A DNA stretch of 64,000 nt from Ruditapes philippinarum (taxonomy: Eukaryota), in NCBI RefSeq assembly GCF_026571515.1, contig NW_026853980.1, positions 62,001 through 126,000 of the forward strand, read 5' to 3'. Shown in pieces: positions 1 through 11,843 of the stretch. A model generated the notes under the pieces. It was not told where the DNA came from. It saw only the letters and a list, made by a program, of their open reading frames with translations, and searched no databases. Made by a program: the position numbers and the translations under genes. The stretch's first letter is position 1, and each line of letters opens with the position of its first letter.

Positions 1-66
1 ATTGATTGTTAAATCTCAATGTGTCACGTGACTGAAAAAAATAATAAAATGATATAAAGAAAAGGT

Positions 67-430
67 ATACAATAGGTGTATACAATAAAACATAAAACAG
101 TAAACGTATGCGATACACGTATAGAATAAAATATGTATTATGAAACATGTAGAATAAAACATTTTTGATACATTTATACAATAAAACATGTTTTTAAATT
201 ACACAGTGTATAATAAAACATGTATAATACACTTCTAACAATAAAACATGCTTGAATTAAAACAATGTACAATAAAACATGTTTATACACTTAAAATACA
301 ATAAAACATGTAAGATATAATAACACCTATATAATACGCGTATACATTAAAACATGTTTTGAATTAATACTCTGTATAATAGAACATGTTTAATAAACAT
401 GTATAATACATTTAGACAATAAAATACGTA
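67..430. repeat. Degenerate ~30-bp minisatellite with core ACAATAAAACATG
   Basis: (T)ACAATAAAACATG / ATAATAAAACATG recurs about every 30 bp (e.g. 178, 209, 238, 269, 298) with variable spacers. Confidence 0.8.
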
Positions 431-1098
431 CTTTAGAATATATATACGTAACACATCTAAAACATAACACATATCCAATAGATTACTACAATAAACTTAT
501 ATACATGGATATTTGAAGTATATTATATGTAATATCGCAAGTTTTGAACGCCGATTTCCGGTAATTAATTGCGACATCTACACGACTGCCTCAAAAGTCA
601 ACCTTAAGTGTATTTGCGGCAGCTGCCTTTTTCCATGAGACAAGTGCAGACCAAGACCAGGGGCCTCCGGAAGACGGTCTGCACTGTTATTTAGTCTGTA
701 TTTTTTCATTTTGTTTCTTTTTTTTATTTGGAGGGGGGGGGGGGATTTCCTAAAGACGTTAGGAATTTGTATTGTCAAGATTGGATGACAGACACGTCAG
801 TTTAAGATAATAAGCATGTTAAGCTTACGAATTTTTTTTGCATTGGTAAAGGAATAGTTCAACAATCTTTATAAATATTTCTGGTAAATTATAAACAGTC
901 GTTAGCAATATAACCCCAGCCTCAAGATTCCGATCATATTTGCTAATACAAGTTTTTATTCGGCCATATTACCATATAACCAAAAGTTTTTTTTATAACA
1001 AAGTTCTGTATTATCGACTTGACGTCTTGATCTTCATTACGAATATATTGAACATGCCCTGTGAAGTGTTTTTTAGAATAAAAAAAAAATATTTTTTT

Positions 1099-1280
1099 CA
1101 GTAAACTCCACTTATAATGATATCGCTTAAAACGATACACCGCATATAACGATGCTTACATGTATGCAGCGGTCCCGACTCTTGTTTTCAAACTGGTTGC
1201 CTCTCGGATATAAAGATATCCGGATATAACGATATAAATTCAGCGGTCCCCTGAATATCGTTACAAGCGGGTTTTTACTG
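1099..1280. mobile_element. Short pogo/Tigger-like (Tc1/mariner) MITE
   Basis: Ends CAGTAAA.../...TTTACTG followed by TA; internal repeats of ATATAACGAT and CAGCGGTCCC. Left TA TSD not intact. Confidence 0.65.
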
Positions 1281-1862
1281 TATATTATTATCGCTGACCT
1301 CATCTTAATTCACACGTACATAGAATACTATTGAACATGTTAACCTAATATCGTATTATGTGTGAAGCTATAATTCACTTATATATCATTCATTTTGCAT
1401 TGGATAGAATTGGATGTCATTAAGTTATTATCTAGAAATTAGGAACACATTATCTGAAAAGTCGGAGTGTAATATGAATATAAATAAATAATTCATAGAT
1501 ATAGATTCATTAAAGCACGTCATTAGAAATTGATCTCTCAATACCCTTGTTGATTGATAAACACAAATACATGGCACCGTCCACTCTGTGGAGGTTTCAT
1601 GTATACTTTTTTACTATATTTCAACACTGTTTGTCAGTATGTTGCTAAAATGTAAGCATATTATGATGTACACATAAGCGCCATATAAATTGTCTTATAG
1701 TACTGTACATGTATAAGTTACGCCGGCTTTTCATTGGATAATCGTTTCGTTCATATAAACAATATACACGTTTACTGTCAATTTATGAAATTAATTTCAT
1801 TTTTTTTTGGTCAAATACAGGAAGTTTGTGTTATATATTGGTTACAAATCAATTTGACAGAT

Positions 1863-1961
1863 TATAGGGCCGTATTTAAACAATTGTTTGCAATATATGT
1901 ATAACTCACGGCTAGCGGAACTTGTTATATACGCAAATAATCGTTTATATACGGCCATATA
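1863..1961. repeat. Imperfect palindrome, probable core of a non-autonomous (Crypton-like) element
   Basis: TATAGGGCCGTATTTAAACAATTGTTTGC pairs with GCAAATAATCGTTTATATACGGCCATATA (25/29). Family assignment is inference. Confidence 0.6.
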
Positions 1962-3220
1962 TAACCTTTCAAAAATATTCAAAACTAAATAATGATAATA
2001 ATAAAGGTGACAAATAAACGTTAATTGTTCAACTTACATTTACCTTATGACTTATGACGGCTGATGAAAGTTAAATAGTTATTTGTTCATTTAACAATGG
2101 TCTTATTATTGTATTGAATGGATATATCAAATCTAATAACTAATTAAACAGAATCATTGGGGGAAAATATATAGAATTCTGTAAATCAGGCACGTATGAA
2201 GTTAATATGTTACATTATTAATACATAAATTTGTATATACCGTAATATAAAGCGTTGAAAAACTATCCATTTATTAGCACGAACAATTTATTACTCTATA
2301 ATTGCTACAAAAATTGAAAATGTTTATACTTAGTAAAGAATTGGTTTGTACAGAACAAATTAGTTCATTTGTTATGATAAGAAAAACCGAGATAGATGTC
2401 ATTATGATTGTGCACGTGACTATTGAATAAATCTAGTCAAAATTCTCTTAAACATATATTGTGTCTTATTCTAATATAAAAAAATATTACAAAACACTGC
2501 ACGCTCATGTAAAGTTAATCATTGTTATACTAAATTAAGATTTATTAGCATGTGTTTACCTTTGCTTTACCCATTCAAACTCCACTTTTTGACAATACAT
2601 GTAAATTGTTATATCTTAATACATGTATATACGATCTTTAGATGCATCTGTATATCCAATTTCAAAATAAAGATAACCGTATGTAACGGTATAAACTATA
2701 AAACTAATTAATAGTTTTTCCCTATTAAAGTATACATTATTATTTCACAGCCTATCGTTTTAAACACATATATTATATATCCGCTCTATACTATATAAAA
2801 TTCTTCGACATATTACTATAACAATACTCGTACAGTGTAATCCTTTGCTATACAGTGTAATTTTCTACAAATTATAGTAATTTTCAATATTTATAAACAG
2901 CTTTTGCCTCGTAACGTCATCTAGCCTGCTACGGTTTACAACATAGATACAGTGATGTCGTTTCCCCCCGGCCCAAATAGTAAGGCCATGCATGTTTTTT
3001 AAACGCACGTTTAGGAGGAAATAGTCCTTAGTTAAAATGCAGAAAAAGAAATTTATATCTTAAAATAAAACTGCGACATTTGCAGAAAATTCTGGAAATA
3101 TAAAAGTATCTAATTTACACAGAAACCCCATCTATACAAAAATAAATGTGTTTTAAATCGACAAAGGTGGCAACCAGTTCTATTCCTGTACATTGATGTT
3201 ATCTTTAATTTACGTAAAAC

Positions 3221-3447
3221 ATATATGAGCCGCGTCACGACAAAGCCAACATAGTGGTTTTGCGACCAGCATGGATCCAGACCAGCCTGCGCGTCCATGC
3301 TGTTCGCTATCAGTTTCTCTACTTGTAATAGAGTTGGTAAGCGAACAGCATGGATCCTGTTCAGACTACGCGGATGCGCAGTCTGGTCTGGATCCATGCT
3401 GGTCGCAAAGCCATTATGTTGGTTTTGTCATGACGCGGCTCATATAT
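3221..3447. mobile_element. Palindromic fold-back MITE in ATATAT context
   Basis: Arms ATATATGAGCCGCGTCACGACAAAGCCAACATAGTGGTTTTGCGACCAGCATGGATCCAGACCAG and CTGGTCTGGATCCATGCTGGTCGCAAAGCCATTATGTTGGTTTTGTCATGACGCGGCTCATATAT are near-perfect reverse complements; inner CCATGCTGTTCGCT/AGCGAACAGCATGG pair. Explains the mirrored ORFs 3110-3397 and 3271-3498. Confidence 0.92.
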
Positions 3448-3520
3448 CTAATTAATATTCCGCAATGCCTTATTAGTAAAACATACAAGTATATCTAATT
3501 AATATTCCGCAATGCCTTAT
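3443..3520. repeat. 31-bp direct duplication next to the MITE
   Basis: TATATCTAATTAATATTCCGCAATGCCTTAT at 3443-3473 and 3490-3520, identical. Confidence 0.9.
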
Positions 3521-4706
3521 AGCAACATGCGCAATATTGAACAAAGTGAGTGTGTCAAAATAGATACAAACAGTTGTATAATGTACAAGGGGTGTTGCAA
3601 ATTTGAAGTGGAAAGAAGACATTCTTTTTTATGCATGAAGACATTTATGCCTTTTATGACACTTAACGCCTCTTCTCTTTCTTTTCTTTTTACTTTCCCA
3701 TGCGTCTTGTTCTAAAAATAAATTTCAATCAAATGTTAATGACAAATGTCTGACAAGTGTAAAAAGTCTTCTATCTATCTCAAAAAAGTGCTTTTAGCTT
3801 TTTCCTCATTCCCTATATACAGTGCATATTTAATTATATACCCATCGTGTTATACATATTTGAAAATTAAAACATTGACAACTCCTCTAGCATTAAATTA
3901 CTATTGGTTTACATGACTAACTTCTTAGCGTAGGCTAGAACGAAATACCATAATTATCCATTCTGTGGAATCTTACGAATGTGTCCGAGGTTCTTAGCCG
4001 AAGTTTGACGGAAAGGGCCGAGAAGTTGCGACTGATTCTGCATTGTTCGCTATTAAGTCAGCATATATTTTGAAAATTTTCCCTAAAAATGATGAATGGT
4101 TTCGTTCAGATTGAATGACGGGAAAATCCATTCAAGATATTAAGCGTGGTGAGGGCTATTTTGACCTGCACTTATTAATGTGTACTCTTTCCGGTTATTG
4201 CTATTGCAAAAACGCCGAGGATTTCAAGCTAAACTATTCTGCACGTTGTCAAGAAAATCACAGACCAAGTTGCACACATTGAGACGTCGATATGTGATAT
4301 TATTGCACGTGACAAGAGTGTCATAAATATAAATTTACCGGAAAATAACTCATATAAACCCCGGATAATTTGTACGGTAATTTGAATCTATTCTTCTTGA
4401 CAACTCCAGCATAATCTATGTATCAACAATTGATCTCAATTTTCTCCTATCAATTGACATAGCCTACAAATAAACCAGCAACTCCCCAGTGATTTTATTT
4501 TCCAATTTTAATATTTATGACTAACATTTATCTCAATTTCAGCATCGTCTGCTTAAAATAAAACTTGTGTATATAGACACGTGTGTAATAACTTTAAACA
4601 AAAAGAAGATATATGGCCAATATATAATGTATATATTAATTTACTTTGTCACGCTGTTGAACAGCGTAATCTATAACAAAAATAAAAGTCAGTACCGAGT
4701 AATTAC

Positions 4707-4770
4707 CGGTGTCACGTGATTTTCACACGAGTAGTAATATATACGCCCGTGTGATAATCACGCGACACCG
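4707..4770. repeat. 23-bp-arm hairpin (repeat-derived palindrome)
   Basis: CGGTGTCACGTGATTTTCACACG vs CGTGTGATAATCACGCGACACCG, 21/23 complementary, 18-nt spacer. Confidence 0.8.
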
Positions 4771-6313
4771 CTTCTCAGTACCCCCGGCATGTGCACGTCA
4801 TGGAGAAGGCACAGGGCATCGGCAGACAAAATGAAGAAATTGGGATGGCGATAAATGAGCAAAGACCAGAATTGTATCTGAGGACCAGCTGCCGGTGTTC
4901 TGCTCAATACAATTTTACAGTTTATGATAATACTGTTTTGTTTTCTTTTTTTCGTGTTGTTGACCAGTTTTTCACTTTCAATGGCATGTTGATAAAATTG
5001 TGTTGACCATCTATAATTAAACCGAGGTCTAACCTACAACATGTGAATAATTAAATTAGTTCTTGAAAATAGAGAAAAATCTCGAAATAAACAAAAGAAT
5101 CATATCAGAAAATTGTTTGAATGTATTTACAATCAATTTCATCAATTTTCACGCGCTAAAATAAATTTGTCTTCAAGAAATGTCACATTTATCACCGAGT
5201 TACACACTATTTCTGTCAATCAATTGTTTTATTACATTATCTATCTAGGGATATCAGAACAGAACAGAATCTTATTCACAGACTATTACTGACGTAAAAC
5301 ATATTCATGATGATAACATATTATGAGAAAGGGCCGTTTCCCGGATGCCTTAATGAAGTCGTTTTTGATTAAACAAACGTTGCAGCTATACAAGCCGTTG
5401 AAAATCGATTACAAACAAATCCAAAATTCAAATAACGTGAAATTTTAGCATGACATGTTTCGGGTTTTACAAAAAGCTCCGCCGAATTTTTGACCATTTT
5501 TGATTCAGGCAGGTTGGTGTATTATGAAATTTCATTATACTTTATATATTCTTTGAGCTGCGCCGCTTAGCGTTCCCGTGGTTATTTAATGCGGCCTGAA
5601 ACGGTACTGAATGACAGTAAATTATTAATATCTTGCATTTACATAGAAGAAAACTCAAACTTTGCGCAGGTTTGAATTTAGTACAAATAATATGAAATTT
5701 ATGAAAATTATAAAAACGAATTCCTGGTCATTCCCTCGTAAAATAATTAAAAATCAGGAGAGACTTTATTTAGTATCGTTTGCTTTTATAGTAGATATTT
5801 TGCAGCATTTTCGAACTTTTAATCTTGTAAATATGGATAGAAAGTCTTTTCTGAAGGTATAATATAACTTTTACCATATTCTTTCCCTATCTGATCTTGT
5901 AGGCACTTACATTTATCTGGTTCGTCTGCTGTAACTATTTAAGCAGACGACAAATATTCATATCACATCTCATAGGATTTAGTCGCATTTAACTGCCTCT
6001 TAATGTTATTAGTCGTCCCCTATCAGATGACATTATTCACCGTTGACCCTATTGGCTTGATAATAATTGTAGGTTTGTGGCAATAATTTGTCTCAAATTG
6101 ATATTTTATTTCTAAGAGTAAATAAGCATGCAAGCGTATGCAACAAGAATAGCATATTTTAGTGTATTTTATGAACATGTCTACGTAAAGTTTGGCGGCT
6201 TGATTGTTTGAAATATAGTGTATCCTGATATATTCGGCTTTTACTTTTGGTATAACGGAATATATAACAATTTTCCGTGATTTTAAATTCTTTCCTTCTC
6301 TTTTTTCCCCTAT

Positions 6314-6602
6314 TTTATACGCCGATTATAACACATTTTGGTTATATCCCGGCGGTTGATCGCCTATACATGTAACCGGTTTTCCTGAATAACTAACCAG
6401 TAATTACCAATTGCTCTGCAAGTGACCAACTACTAAATTATATAATAAATGCCATATGATTTTTAAATCATGAGTGAGAAACAATTAACCATTAGACCCA
6501 ATGTCCCTGTTGAACTGTCACGAAGAATTTTTCGCCTCGCACGTGGATCGAACTTGCGACACCTGTATTTCTAATTCGATGCCCATTAAGCTACTCTGCC
6601 GG
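6314..6602 (-). mobile_element. Decayed tRNA-derived SINE
   Basis: On the minus strand: box A-like GTAGCTTAATGG and box B-like AGTTCGATCC near 6545-6595, then a body ending in a ...GGCGTATAAAA tail similar to mollusc SINE 3' ends. Confidence 0.55.
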
Positions 6603-7662
6603 ACTATATAAGCGTCAAAATGATATTAAGTAACCGGTCATATCGATACTCTTGAAGTAAATAGTGTGCAACAAATCTTGAAATGCGACTAGTACATACC
6701 AAAATCGCCCATTAGGTTCGTAGCACTTTTCGGTTTTCAGCCAGGAAATACTTTGAAGATTTTCTTTAAAGTGATTGAAAGATGGGCAAACTCATTTAAG
6801 ATACATTTATTGTTATAGTGATATGGGATAATTATAAACTCTACACAAACCATACGAAAACCCGTATATAACGGTCGATAATATTATTTTGTCATATCGG
6901 CCATCATCATGCGCGCTGACTTATGAGTGGTATTCCAATAAAATATCTTGCACGTTAATTAAACGTAATTAAGAGTGTATTATCGAGGTACGTATTGATC
7001 TCTTCCAAATCATTACCTATTTAAAGCTGCATGCATCCACATAAGTCAAAAATATTTCAAGAAATTCAACCTTGAGAAAAACTAGTAAAAAGTTTCAGGA
7101 AATAATTCACATGTTATATGCAATTACTGACTGACTGATTTTGTAGTACAGTATTTGTATTTATCATCATATTTCTCTTGTGTGACTAACTTGGTATGTT
7201 TTTATTTATTTATTTATTAATCAATTTATTTATTTTTGAATTCTTACCTATTTGTTTGTAATTTTCGTAGATTTTACTTATACTATTTACTTATATAATA
7301 ACGTTACTTGACAATACTTTACCTTTAAAATACAGTTATAAAATTTTCATAGAAATTAGCATAGGGTGTTTAGGAATGCTGCCTTATGAAAAGTCAACTA
7401 AATATACCACAACGCGGGCCAGACTCCAGTCAAATTTATTATTCATGAGATAACACAATCATAATTACCAGGATTGACTAGAGATGTAAATGATATTTCT
7501 ATTTATAGTATACCGAGTGTTTAACAAGTATTAGATAATTATAATTATGGAGAGTGAAGGTCATTTAGCATATAACCTTTCATTTACTAGTACGGTATTT
7601 AACACTGGTTATTAACGAAAAGGAAAGTCAAACTCATTATAGCATACATATGGAAGGGGGAC

Positions 7663-7880
7663 ATGAATATATCAAAAATATCTGTGGTATTGTTTGCTCG
7701 TTTGACATCATCATTTCCCAACGGCTGGGTCCAAAAATACAACTTTTATACTGTTACATCACTTTTTGTGACATGTCGCTTTTGTATTTTATCTATTTAA
7801 AAGCTGCGTGCAACCTAGTGGACTCGTTTCTTATGAACACTCTCGCATTAGAGGGCGTTTACAGATTAATATTGACATGA
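7663..7880 (+). pseudogene. Possible decayed C-type-lectin-like first exon (frameshifted)
   Basis: MNISKISVVLFARLTSSFPNGWVQKYNF, frameshift, YCYITFCDMSLLYFIYLKAACNLVDSFL; resembles signal peptide + CPxGW..CY..WxxAxxxCx6L. Motif match by eye only. Confidence 0.25.
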
Positions 7881-8204
7881 CGGGTCAAGACCCAATCCCC
7901 ACCCCCACATACCTTTATATGAGATTGATGTCAAGTCTGTATATTTACTCGTAAATACTGTATTCAAACTTTACTATCATTCGCTCACAGCACTTTGTCC
8001 AGAATTATCATTTTTATTGTGCAAAATGACATACAACTTGTTTAATAATAAATTAAACCAAGGTAAGATTCCAATATCGATTTCAAATTTAAATATTAGT
8101 AAATACCGTCTTTTTTCTTCTTCAAAGTATACCGTTATAAATTCATCAGTTGAAATATGTAAATTTTTTTAATTCTTAAGTTTTCAGGCTTTTGGAATTT
8201 ACCG

Positions 8205-8296
8205 AAGCTGGTGTTAAAAGTTGTGGAAGGTAGCTTGCATAATGATCAATCTCAAACAATCTGAACCTTATCATTTTCAACTGTACCCTTGTTAGG
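8205..8296 (-). repeat. Dispersed ~100-130 bp repeat R, inverted copy
   Basis: Minus strand TGCAAGCTACCTTCCACAACTTTTAACACCAGCTT matches TGCAAGTTACCGTCCACGCCCCCTAGCACCGGCTT at ~39.95 kb; upstream TTGAAAATG also shared. Confidence 0.6.
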
Positions 8297-9234
8297 TGAC
8301 CTATAATGTTTCTTTGTTGAAATGAAATACAGATTGGTTGTAACGAAACTGTGTCCACGTGACATGTGTATTGGATATGTTCTGTATGAAGCCATCAATT
8401 ACGTGTAAGTATCATATTTATATAATATTTGTAATTCTATACGTGTGACATATTCTGTGAGAACTTTTTTACACAACTAAAAGATCGTCTGTCATAAGTT
8501 AATATTTTATATAGCAGATATTTTTGAAATGCAAACTAACATAACAAAAGTATACAGACGGTAATGAGCTGGTATTGTAGCCGTCAAAAGAGCAATAAAA
8601 CACTTTTTTTTCAGGAGCAGATAACTAAAAGGCACATTAAACCTCAGCAATGAATTATGTTTCATTCTTTAGAAAAAGGCAAACATGGGTTGTATAATCT
8701 TTAACTAATAGTTTTTAGAGCATATTATGCTTGTCACCTGAAAAAGTAGCTCTGAATATGAAATTATTTGTCATAAAAGTAGTAAAATGGAAACAAAGTA
8801 GTATTGTGACTTTCATTCATAATATTAAACCACTTTATTTTTACTTCCATTTTAAATACTAAATCACTACAATTTTACTAATTACCAAAATGTAACCGCA
8901 GCAAAGAATGGTTTAGGTAATTGAGCAAACAGTAATTGTTTGGAAACTATTACGGGACACAAAAAAGGTATGAAAATAAAATCATTTTTGGAACATAATG
9001 GGTCTTTAAAAGTAGGGTGATGACCCACTCTCATATATCTTCTATCAATTTGTTTTAATCATTATTCTCTTTAATCACGTTCAAGAAAACTCCTCTTGGC
9101 TAATTTACCTTCTTCATTTATGCAAAAAATGCACTTCTCCCGGAAACTTTTTCGAGAGAAAGAGAAATAAACAACTTCTAGAAGATAGAATTGCTTAGGT
9201 TTTTCTCACCTCCTTGTAAAAGGTAATCACATCA

Positions 9235-9282
9235 ATTATTTGTCATATCCATTATTTGTCATATCCATTATTTGTCATATCC
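9235..9282. repeat. 16-bp tandem repeat x3 (ATTATTTGTCATATCC)
   Basis: Three exact copies. Confidence 0.95.
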
Positions 9283-9726
9283 ATTTTTGTTACAAAACAA
9301 TATTAATTCCTATAAATTACCTTCACGCTTTAATTTTCTGATAAAATAAAGACACATTCAAAACATAGCAAAGTCATTCCCCTTTTTCATTGGCTTTCTA
9401 ATATTTATTACATCTGTTTATCTATAATAGCAAGATTTTTTACCAGTACAACTGGCATTGCAGGGAATGATAGATTCAATTAAATGTATGAATATTATGT
9501 ACCATTCATAGTGTCTCGTTAAAACGGTTAATATTAAACTAGACTTTATTGATCGTGTGCGACAAATATTATATTATAATATCATAGTTACCTGGAAATT
9601 ACAAACGACATACATATTATGTAGTATATCTGTGCTAAACAACATACAGTACTACCGGAACCATATATTGCTAAATATGTGTTTATTTGCATATCTTCAT
9701 GTTGTATTTCTAACACCTGGTGTGGA

Positions 9727-9773
9727 AATAAAGCTGTCTGTCTGTCTGTCTGTCTGTCTGCCTGTCTGTCTGT
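9727..9773 (+). repeat. (CTGT)n microsatellite directly after AATAAA; likely 3' tail of a retroposon
   Basis: AATAAAG followed by about ten CTGT units. Confidence 0.75.
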
Positions 9774-10122
9774 TATGACTAAGCTAAATTGAACAATACA
9801 TTATGTAACATGTTTCTCAATTTTATGAAAATTTTCCCCTTGACTTTGTTCGCATGCAAACAGCTTCTTGAGATACTTTATTACTGTGTTTTTGTATTTG
9901 TACGCCTGAAGCAATAATATTACATGATTGTTTTTTTGTAATATGTTCATTCTTCATGTAATAAAAGTCAACCATTATATCATTTCTACCTACGTCAATG
10001 ACCTATAGATTTTATATATTATCCTTTTTTTAATTTGTCGATATATTAAAAAACAAGAATGAAGATCAAGGCAAGGGCAACGTTCACAGGATGCATCCCC
10101 CCAACGACATACCCAAGCAGCC

Positions 10123-11843
10123 CCTTAAGAATTTATAATGTCATTTAAGACAGTTTAGTCATATTTTGTTAAATATAATTCATTATAATTTCTATATGAT
10201 TTACATTATATTCTCTTCGATTTAAATTTAAAAACGATATTATGATATTTTAGTTATCATATTAGTTATCATTATGATAATAGCCGGTCATAAATTTGAA
10301 CGACATTGCATGATGATGAAATCATAAGCCCGCAATAGGTACAAATGGGTCGGGGAAGCATCCCCAGTGTACCTTCCAATTTCAATTTAGTATATATGGT
10401 ATGCAAAAAAATATTATGATACATTTAAATCAAGCTAGTTATTATGATTTAAAAGGTCATTAAGATCTGTTGAAAAAATATATCTATTGATCGTTATGTT
10501 CTTTTATACAATCATAATGCAATTTGCCTTCAGAGTGATGGACTATTTCAAGAAGATTTTAAGAGGGTTCTAACTGTTCAAACATTTGTTATTTGTACAA
10601 GTAGAGTGGTTTCAGAGACGTTCGTTTAATTTGCATTAAACTATGAAAAAAGACCCATACTGGTACAATAGTGGGATGGAAAAACTTCGTTTTAATAGTC
10701 CCTTTTGTTGTTAATGTATAAATCATATAAATATATCGCATAGCTTGTGGACAGCATTATAAAAACAAATTAACTTTCTTATTTTCATTTTTTTACTTGG
10801 GGGTAAAAGAAATTTATGTAAAAGTATGACTTACATGTACGAGTATTACGATAAATTATGTTTGTTCCTTGTGTTTCAATATCAAGAACTTGTTCAAAGA
10901 AATGTTTATTACAGTAAATTAATTTTAAAAATTACAATACATTGTAACATGATCTTAGCATGTCTTAAGAGTTATGTATTTTAATATTTTCTCTATCTTT
11001 AATAACAGTTGGAAAAAGAACATAATAAAGTGATAAACCAAATTTTTATAATATAAATATTGAAACTGTAACATTGCTTTTACTTTGTTTCATTTCCTTG
11101 ATATCGGTCAATAAATAATGTAAAACTTTCGTTATTTGTTATTCTATATCAGCAATAAATATTACCCTTTATTTGTAGATTGTGCCATAAAGGTATTATT
11201 ATTATGCTATTTAGAATTTATACTTTTTTTAAAAGTACGCATAAGATGCGTGAAATTAACAGGTACCTTATAAACGCATTGAACTAATAAAAAGGCCTTC
11301 ATTTATTTGTACGTTGTGGCAAAAAATCTATTTTTAAACATCTTAAAGTATAATAACAATAATGCATATCGGGCAAAGTGATACAATTGCGGCCATAAAA
11401 ATTGCCAAAATGTTGCAATCTCGATTTTATCATTATCATCTTCACCATCACCATCAACATCATCATCATTATCATACAATATCAAAGGTTATCATGTGGC
11501 AGACTCTGTTTGATCATCATCATCCCGTCACAATTACCACCACCACCACCATCATTATCATCATCATCATTTTACTTGTTTTCCATTACTAAATTCAACC
11601 TGTGTGTATATATATTCTAATTTGTTATCCGTTTAGCATGAATTCACTTGGACTAGCCTTAAGAATCTATGAGGTCGTTTCAGACAGTTAAATCATATTT
11701 TGTTAAATATAAAGACTTATAATTTCTATATGATTTACATTATATTCTCTTCAATTTAAATTTACAAACGATATAATGATTTTTTAGAGAGCACGATCAT
11801 ATTAGTTATCATTATGGAAATAGCCGATCATAAATTTGAACGA
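10123..11843. repeat. ~180-bp direct repeat pair (10123-10303 and 11657-11843)
   Basis: Shared CCTTAAGAAT...TCATATTTTGTTAAATATA...TTATAATTTCTATATGATTTACATTATATTCTCTTC...ATCATATTAGTTATCATTATG...TCATAAATTTGAACGA. Confidence 0.9.
11428..11570. repeat. Compound (CAT)n/(CAC)n microsatellite
   Basis: Runs of CAT/CAC/TAT triplets; source of the His-, Ile- and Asp-rich ORFs here. Confidence 0.9.

Noticed and set aside
67-430. CRISPR-like repeat/spacer pattern
   Set aside because: The repeat core is only ~13 bp and degenerate, the spacers resemble one another, the context is eukaryotic and there are no cas genes; it is a minisatellite.
3110-3498. Two similar ORFs (MDPDQ..GLDPCWSQ..) on opposite strands
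   Set aside because: Artefact of the palindromic MITE.
11303-11620. His-rich and Asp-rich ORFs
   Set aside because: Translations of a (CAT)/(CAC) microsatellite.
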